Of a DNA stretch of 14,442 nt, positions 1 through 6,046 are shown one piece after another. The stretch covers positions 1 to 14,442 of the forward strand of contig JAEOTX010000175.1 in assembly GCA_016839605.1 (NCBI GenBank), written 5' to 3'. A model generated the notes under the pieces. The model worked only from the letters and a program-made list of their open reading frames with translations. It was not told where the DNA came from and did no database searches. The translations under genes and the position numbers were made by a program. How positions within the stretch are numbered: the first letter of the stretch is position 1; every line of letters starts with the position of its first letter. The stretch is from Candidatus Thorarchaeota archaeon (GTDB taxonomy: Archaea; Asgardarchaeota; Thorarchaeia; Thorarchaeales; Thorarchaeaceae).

Positions 1-2
1 TT

Positions 3-281
3 CTGTTCCTTGTCATTTGGGCTGTCTATGTCATTTCAAGATTGCTCATTGCTTTGAATCTATCATTCTATTTCCTGTCCATTGTCTTCGCGCTTTCAAT
101 CGTCTTTCTATTGCCAAGATTGATGGACGACACCAAGAGAATCTTGCTAATCATTGGACTAGTTCTTATTTACATCGAACGAGGATTGACTCTCTTTGAT
201 CCAATCACAGAGTCACTCATTCTCGTAGCAGGTCTGTGGTTGGTGTTCATCTGGTACTTGATAATGAAGCGCGCTGTGTAG
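3..281 (+). CDS. C-terminal part of a multi-pass membrane protein, 5'-truncated by the window edge
   Basis: The frame is open from base 3 (LFLVIWAVYVISRLLIALNL...) to TAG at 279-281 and contains several hydrophobic helices. The TTG at 42 in the ORF track is probably internal. Confidence 0.75.
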   Translation: MFLVIWAVYVISRLLIALNLSFYFLSIVFALSIVFLLPRLMDDTKRILLIIGLVLIYIERGLTLFDPITESLILVAGLWLVFIWYLIMKRAV

Positions 282-337
282 AGCAACAATACTTGCTAAG
301 AGACCGCAACTCGGTCTCGCCCCTTTTCTTTTTGGTT
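282..337. terminator. Putative terminator region between convergent genes: two hairpins plus a T-rich tract
   Basis: AGCAA-6nt-TTGCT (282-297), then a perfect GAGACCG-CAACT-CGGTCTC (300-318), followed by CCCCTTTTCTTTTTGGTT. Confidence 0.5.
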
Positions 338-859
338 TTAGAAAGATGAATGACACTGCTCTTGGATGGGGCATTTCGGACATTTTATTCGCACCATGTA
401 GAAGTAATTACCCACCAGCACAACTACAAAGCCGATTAACGCGAATAGAGCGAACATGGAGAAATTCAGAAAGAACGAGATGCCGATCAAGACAATAGGT
501 AGAAACCATATTATGGCATAAACGAAGGCCCAACCCTTTTGACCTACATGCAGGTGCAAATGCGATTTACTCCATTCATCCACAGTCAGCAGCTTCTCAA
601 CAGTTTCCCCTGTGTCAGTAGTTTCCTTTACTTTGAAATAACAGTATTTACACGTCGTGAATGGCATAACTAAGAAGTAGAACACAATTGAGAATGCTAG
701 ATACCCCACAGCGGCCCAAGTATTGAGATAATGTATCCCAGCGGTTCCAAGAGATATTAGAACTAGAATAATCAAGACCGGTACTGGTTTGTAGAAGGGA
801 CACTTTGGAAATATTCCCAAGAAGAATATCTTTGCATTCCTTTCCTCTGCCAAATTCAT
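338..859 (-). CDS. Uncharacterised 4-TM membrane protein with two CxxC motifs (173 aa)
   Basis: Two hydrophobic helix pairs, each followed by CxxC (TTCKYCYF; IKCPKCPIQEQC). ATG start. Confidence 0.8.
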   Translation of the reverse strand: MNLAEERNAKIFFLGIFPKCPFYKPVPVLIILVLISLGTAGIHYLNTWAAVGYLAFSIVFYFLVMPFTTCKYCYFKVKETTDTGETVEKLLTVDEWSKSHLHLHVGQKGWAFVYAIIWFLPIVLIGISFFLNFSMFALFALIGFVVVLVGNYFYMVRIKCPKCPIQEQCHSSF

Positions 860-914
860 TCACGACCAGATTTAAGATGACAGGATTCTCTATCTCAAAA
901 AGGTTCTGAAATTC

Positions 915-1904
915 ATGAGAGCTATTTTATGCACAAAATACGGACCCCCGGACGTCCTGCAACTCGGAGAGGTAGACAAACCAATCCCTAAGGACAATGA
1001 TCTATTGATCAAAATTCACGCAACCACTGTAATAGCAGGGGACTGTGAGATGCGAGGTTTCAACTACCCTCAATTTGGCTTCGGAATGAAGCTCCTCATG
1101 CGGGTTGGATTTGGTCTCAGAGGACCCAGGAAGAAGATACTAGGCCAACAACTAGCTGGTGTTGTGGAGGAAATAGGAAAAGACCTCACGCGGTTCAAAC
1201 CTGGCGATCAAGTTTTTGCATGCATGGGGCTTGGTTTCGGATCTTACGCTGAGTACAAGAGCATGTCTGAAAAAGGACTGGTCGCGATAAAACCAGCCAA
1301 CATGAGCTTTGAGGAAGCTTCAACCATTCCTGTTGGGGGAAGTGAGGCACTGCATTTTATGAAAGAAGCAAACATCCAGAGTGGTCAGGAAGTATTGATC
1401 AATGGAGCAGGTGGTTCAATAGGAACAGTCGCAATTCAACTTGCTAAATCTAAAGGGGCTGAAGTGACTGCAGTGGACAGTGCAGGGAAATTTGACATGC
1501 TGCGTTCCCTTGGCAGTGATCATGTCATAGATTACAAGATAGAATCTTTTGCAGAAAGAGATGAAACTTATGATGTCATTTTCGACGTTGTAGGTGTAAC
1601 TAAGTTTTCAGATTGTATGAGTTCATTAAATTCGAACGGAATCTATCTTCAAGGAAATGGATCGGTATCACGAGGTGACAAATCGGCTGCAAGCAAAAGC
1701 GGCAAGAGAGCGGTAGATGGACCCGCAACCTACAGCTCAGCACGTCTAATTGAGCTTCGAGAGCTTATTGAGGCGGGAACAATAAAGACTGTCATAGATA
1801 GAACCCTTCCGTTAGAACAGATGACCGAAGCCCACAGGATTGTTGAACAGGGAGGCAAATTAGGAAACATAGTTGTAACTATGGATCATAATGACAATAC
1901 TTAA
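915..1904 (+). CDS. NAD(P)-dependent alcohol dehydrogenase / quinone-oxidoreductase-like MDR protein, copy 1
   Basis: MRAI..YGPPDVL N-terminus, AGVVEEIGK..FKPGDQVF, YAEY, nucleotide-binding VLINGAGGSIG, YDVIFDVVG, C-terminal EAHR..GNIVV. No structural-zinc Cys cluster. Confidence 0.93.
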   Translation: MRAILCTKYGPPDVLQLGEVDKPIPKDNDLLIKIHATTVIAGDCEMRGFNYPQFGFGMKLLMRVGFGLRGPRKKILGQQLAGVVEEIGKDLTRFKPGDQVFACMGLGFGSYAEYKSMSEKGLVAIKPANMSFEEASTIPVGGSEALHFMKEANIQSGQEVLINGAGGSIGTVAIQLAKSKGAEVTAVDSAGKFDMLRSLGSDHVIDYKIESFAERDETYDVIFDVVGVTKFSDCMSSLNSNGIYLQGNGSVSRGDKSAASKSGKRAVDGPATYSSARLIELRELIEAGTIKTVIDRTLPLEQMTEAHRIVEQGGKLGNIVVTMDHNDNT

Positions 1905-1947
1905 CGAACCTGCACCCAACTAATGTGCCGTGTAATCTTGAGGGAAG

Positions 1948-2925
1948 ATGCTCATGAGAGCAATAGTATGGACAAAATATGGACCCCCAGAGGTTCTTCA
2001 GCTCAAAGAGGTATCAAAACCAACTCCGAAGCCTAATGAGCTTTTGATCAAGAATCATGCGATAACAGTAATAGCGGGGGATTGTGAAATGCGAGGCTTC
2101 AATTTCTCCTATCCTTTCCAAAAGAAGCTCCTCGTGCGAGCGTGGATCGGTCTCAGAAGACCCAGGAAGAAAATTCTGGGACAAGAACTGGCGGGCGTTG
2201 TTGAAGAAATCGGAAAGGACGTGACATTGTTTAAGGAAGGAGACCAAGTCTTTGCAGCTACCGGATCTGGAATGGCTGCTTATGCGGAGTACACATGTGT
2301 TTCTGAAAAGGGGCTTGTGGCAATAAAACCAGACAATATGACCTATGAAGAAGCCTCAACCATTCCAATTGGAGGACTAGAGGCATTGCATTTCATGAGA
2401 AAAGCAAACCTACAAAGTGGTCAGAAGATCTTGATCAATGGCGCAGGCGGCAGTATAGGAATTGTCGCAATCCAGCTAGCCAAGTACTGGGAGGCTGAAG
2501 TGACTGCAGTGGATATTGCGAGGAAGTTTGACATGATGCGTTCCCTTGGGGCAGACTATACTATCGATTACACTCAAGAGAATTTCACCGAAAGTGGTAA
2601 GATGTATGATGTCATCTTTGACATTGTGGGTAAAGCTCCGTTTTCAAGTTGCACGAGTTCACTGAGTGATAATGGAATCTACCTATTGGGAAACGGATGG
2701 CTGTCACGGAGTGATAAGAAAACTGCAGAAAGAAGCAACAAGAGAGCAATAGGCTACACTTCAGACTATCAAAGTAAGCATCTAATCTACCTCAAGGAGT
2801 TGATTGAGGCAGGAACGATAAGAACGTTCATTGAAAGAACATACCCATTGGAGGAGATGGCTGAAGCGCATAGGTATGTTGAAACAGGCCAGAAGATTGG
2901 AAATGTCGTCATAACCGTTGAGTAG
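1948..2925 (+). CDS. NAD(P)-dependent alcohol dehydrogenase / quinone-oxidoreductase-like MDR protein, copy 2 (tandem paralog)
   Basis: Same motifs as 915-1904 and colinear with it. By alignment to copy 1 the start may be ATG 1954. GAGGG lies upstream at 1940-1944. Confidence 0.93.
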   Translation: MLMRAIVWTKYGPPEVLQLKEVSKPTPKPNELLIKNHAITVIAGDCEMRGFNFSYPFQKKLLVRAWIGLRRPRKKILGQELAGVVEEIGKDVTLFKEGDQVFAATGSGMAAYAEYTCVSEKGLVAIKPDNMTYEEASTIPIGGLEALHFMRKANLQSGQKILINGAGGSIGIVAIQLAKYWEAEVTAVDIARKFDMMRSLGADYTIDYTQENFTESGKMYDVIFDIVGKAPFSSCTSSLSDNGIYLLGNGWLSRSDKKTAERSNKRAIGYTSDYQSKHLIYLKELIEAGTIRTFIERTYPLEEMAEAHRYVETGQKIGNVVITVE

Positions 2926-2926
2926 A

Positions 2927-3313
2927 CTACTCTTCTGGTTTAGTCCACTTCCATGCATACCAAACGATCAGTGCACAGAACACAACATACCCAATTCCCA
3001 TTATGTTTTCATACAAGGGTCTTGGCATGATGAATCCGATGCCATCAATAACGATGAAGACTATGGCTATGATGATGTTTGCCCAACGATTCGCTTTGTA
3101 GGGCAACTCCAAGGACAGGAAAACCATGAAGATTGGTGCTAGCATCATTATGGCAAAAACAGCCAACATTTCCTCAGTAAGTGGCACATCTAGGGTTCCC
3201 GCTATGATATCCTCTAGCATTCCAGGCTCCAAAAACCGTATGACATCACCCTGAAGGCTAGTTAGCATGCGAGCTATCCATAGTACTGAGAGTTTCTTCT
3301 TGATATCTTCCAC
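2927..3313 (-). CDS. DUF6326-like small 4-TM membrane protein
   Basis: LSxLW...M....GDV N-terminal pattern, M..PI.MVFL.L.LP, NRW.NI and terminal W.AW.W. GTG start with a GGTGA RBS 7 nt upstream. Clear paralog of 11440-11823. Family name is from recall, not from a search. Confidence 0.8.
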   Translation of the reverse strand: MEDIKKKLSVLWIARMLTSLQGDVIRFLEPGMLEDIIAGTLDVPLTEEMLAVFAIMMLAPIFMVFLSLELPYKANRWANIIIAIVFIVIDGIGFIMPRPLYENIMGIGYVVFCALIVWYAWKWTKPEE

Positions 3314-3349
3314 AGTGGGCTCACCTACTCGTGCTTTTCAGATAGAGGC

Positions 3350-3357
3350 TATATATA
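3350..3357. promoter_or_regulatory. TATA-like box in the divergent intergenic region
   Basis: TATATATA at 3350-3357, about 37 nt upstream of the GTG start at 3313. Confidence 0.4.
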
Positions 3358-3462
3358 GGGGTTATGTGCGGTCTCTTGTAGAATATGAGTCTTGACAAGA
3401 ATACCCCCACGTCAGAAGATTGGGGATGTGGTCATAATCGTTGAGTAAAGAGGAGAAATGAC

Positions 3463-4545
3463 ATGGATATCGTTCTGTTATTCATCATTGGTATACCAGG
3501 CTTCTTTCTACTTCTGCTTATTGGCTTGTTGCTGTATAAACAATATTTGAGATATTCGACAAGAATAGAAACACCAAATGGAATAAGCTCATTGGAAGAG
3601 ATTACGCTTGGAGATTTGAAGCAGTGGATCCTCATCAGAGGTATGGATCAAAACAACCCAGTCCTAATGTTCTTACATGGTGGGCCTGGCGAACCAGCAG
3701 TGGGTATGTCAAGTTCCCGAAGATTAGATGCTGAATTAATTAAACATTTCACAGTAGTGCATTGGGACCAACGAGGAGGAGGGAAGTCATATAATACCAG
3801 TATCCCAGTTGATTCAATGACACTAGACAGACTAGTTGAAGATTGTAATGAGTTAATTGACCATTTACGAAATAGGTTTGACACACCTCGAGTCTTCATT
3901 GTCGCGCATTCATCAGGAACGTTGATCGGAATTAAAACTGCTCATAAATATCCAGGAAAAATACATGCCTATGTCGGAGTAGCGCAAATTATCAACGACT
4001 GTGAGCATGAGAGAATGAACTATGATTTTGTAGTTGAAGAAGCTGAACGATCTGGTAATGTAAAACATCAAATTGCGATAAAAGCAATTGGACCTCCACC
4101 TTATGAAACCCCCAAGAAATTATTCGAGAAAGCCAAGTATATTGTTCGATATGGAGGAATGATGGTAGATTCTTCCTTTAGGAAAATGATAGGTATTATA
4201 CTACCCTATTTGACATCACCTGAATATACATTGTCAGAAGGAATTAGAACGATATTGGGGAGGGGACGTAATTTCACTACGAACGCTTTGTGGAACGAAA
4301 TAATAGTTGTCAATTTTACAAAAGAGATAGAATCGATAAGAGTCCCCATTTACTTCTTTGAGGGCAAATATGATATGATTACTCCCACAGTTGTTGTTGA
4401 GGACTTCTACAAGAGCCTAGATGCTGAAAAGGGAAAGACACTTGTCATTTTTGAAAACTCGGGACACTGGCCAATGTTAGAAGAAAAGGAGAAGTACGAG
4501 GACATATTGGTAAACGTAGTTTTGAAAGAAAGTCAGAGTAAATAA
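3463..4545 (+). CDS. Membrane-anchored alpha/beta hydrolase (proline iminopeptidase-like family)
   Basis: N-terminal TM helix, LHGGPG, WDQRGGGKS, nucleophile elbow AHSSG, acid in GKYDMITP, His in SGHWP. GAGGAG RBS. Confidence 0.9.
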   Translation: MDIVLLFIIGIPGFFLLLLIGLLLYKQYLRYSTRIETPNGISSLEEITLGDLKQWILIRGMDQNNPVLMFLHGGPGEPAVGMSSSRRLDAELIKHFTVVHWDQRGGGKSYNTSIPVDSMTLDRLVEDCNELIDHLRNRFDTPRVFIVAHSSGTLIGIKTAHKYPGKIHAYVGVAQIINDCEHERMNYDFVVEEAERSGNVKHQIAIKAIGPPPYETPKKLFEKAKYIVRYGGMMVDSSFRKMIGIILPYLTSPEYTLSEGIRTILGRGRNFTTNALWNEIIVVNFTKEIESIRVPIYFFEGKYDMITPTVVVEDFYKSLDAEKGKTLVIFENSGHWPMLEEKEKYEDILVNVVLKESQSK

Positions 4546-4574
4546 TTGTGATCTCCGATACATCATCCGGAGGT

Positions 4575-4593
4575 CTATCAAGAATCTTGATAG
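4575..4593. promoter_or_regulatory. Perfect 19-bp palindrome, candidate operator
   Basis: CTATCAAGA-A-TCTTGATAG. A 1-nt centre suits a dsDNA binding site better than an RNA hairpin. Confidence 0.4.
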
Positions 4594-4610
4594 GTTCTGA
4601 TAATTTGAAT

Positions 4611-4731
4611 ATTCAACCTAATGAATTTTTAATAAGGAAGACTTGACTCTTCGTAAGCTTGATAGTACATTGAAAATAGGGGCATAATTATGGAAACAAG
4701 TGAGTCTACTGAATCAAGCGATCCGCTTTTC
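4611..4731 (+). repeat. Direct repeat 1, left copy: diverged duplicate of the promoter and 5' end of the 798-aa gene
   Basis: Ungapped alignment to 5926-6046, 96/121 identical by hand count. Weaker similarity extends back to 4598/5913. Confidence 0.9.
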
Positions 4732-4743
4732 ATGGACAAGTGA
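4690..4743 (+). pseudogene. 17-codon remnant of the tannase/PKD gene (METSESTESSDPLFMDK*)
   Basis: Matches IVTSDSTESSDPFF at the N-terminus of 5999-8395, then ends FMDK-stop. TTCATGGACAAG recurs in frame at 8084-8095. Confidence 0.75.
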
Positions 4744-4926
4744 GCCTTGGTTTTATCTTTCTAACTCTTGGCTACTCTTCCTTAGGGATACTACAGTTGG
4801 TGGCTAAAATACCAGAAAGCATCCAATTAAGAAACTCGCTCTATGCTTTCGGAAGCAGAGTTATAAGAAGACCCAGAAACCTATCATAAAATAATCCAGT
4901 CTACTTCTTTAGAGGAGCCCGTTAGA

Positions 4927-5829
4927 TTGGCAGTAGAACTAATCTCCAAGAAATATCGCGAACTATACGCTTTCGCAATTGTAGTCGGACTCTTTCTCTT
5001 GATAGGGCTTTTCTACATCAATGCATGGGATCTATCCGCCCTCATTTCCACTGACTACATGGTCTTTCTCTTTTCTATGTCAGGTGTAACAATGAAGGTG
5101 CTTAGTGGAATTGGGATAATGCTGACCTATGCTTCTTTGTGTAGGTTTGCTTTGAGTATATTTTCAGATGGAATGAAAGGAAATCCATCTTTTGCTAGAA
5201 GAATAAAATTAGCGCTCCTGATACCGGTCGTAGTTCTTGTTGCATATGGAATATCCAAGATCGTAGGAGTGTCCATTTCAGGTGGGGGTACTATTGATTT
5301 GCTAATCACAATCTATGGTATCTGGTCTTTGATGCTATCTCTCTATGTATTTCCTGCTATCCAAGGAAGATATCAGCCTGAATACAAGAAGTCTAGGAGA
5401 GACGAAATTCAGAAACGATTTGGCGATGCAAAATTCTCGCTCTGGAGAGGTTATCAGACCCGAGTGCACAAGGAGTATGGTAAGGTATATGCAAAAGAGT
5501 TTGAAAGGTATGGAGAGAGATTGGACTACCTTCGAGCTCAACTCAGTGGAGTCATGCTTCTTCCATTAGGTATAGCATTGATCGTACTTCCTCCAATTCT
5601 TTTACCTCTGATTGTGCTTTGGCTGCGTTCTTTCACCTTACGCAGGAAGCCGTTGAGCCCATTTGAGAGGATATTCCTAGCTATAATGGCAATAGGAATA
5701 ATGCTGTTGAGTACATTAATATTCTTGATATTAGACGTAGCAGTAACACAGATACTCCTTGATACCGTCTATGGTCTGGGAATTCTCACTAGTATCATTG
5801 TCCTCGGATATATTGTGATATCTTCCTGA
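4927..5829 (+). CDS. Uncharacterised polytopic membrane protein (300 aa) with a basic soluble loop
   Basis: About 7-8 hydrophobic segments with a charged loop (YQPEYKKSRRDEIQKRF...). TTG start, GAGGAG at 4912-4917, TTATAAG at 4861-4867. Confidence 0.8.
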   Translation: MAVELISKKYRELYAFAIVVGLFLLIGLFYINAWDLSALISTDYMVFLFSMSGVTMKVLSGIGIMLTYASLCRFALSIFSDGMKGNPSFARRIKLALLIPVVVLVAYGISKIVGVSISGGGTIDLLITIYGIWSLMLSLYVFPAIQGRYQPEYKKSRRDEIQKRFGDAKFSLWRGYQTRVHKEYGKVYAKEFERYGERLDYLRAQLSGVMLLPLGIALIVLPPILLPLIVLWLRSFTLRRKPLSPFERIFLAIMAIGIMLLSTLIFLILDVAVTQILLDTVYGLGILTSIIVLGYIVISS

Positions 5830-5925
5830 TTGCTAGCTATGCCTACACCTAAGGTCTCTTGAGAATGGACATGTCCTAGGAAAGGTTGTCATTACAGTGG
5901 AACATGATTGATTGATGATTTGGCC

Positions 5926-6046
5926 ATTCAACCTTATGACTTTATAATCGGGAAGACTTGACTCTTTCTTAGCTTCATGATGGAGAGAAATCAGGTGTGT
6001 GATTATAGTAACAAGTGACTCTACTGAATCAAGCGATCCGTTTTTC
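5926..6046 (+). repeat. Direct repeat 1, right copy: working promoter, RBS and 5' end of the 798-aa gene
   Basis: Aligns to 4611-4731. Contains TTTATAAT (5941-5948) and AGGTG (5993-5997). Confidence 0.9.
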
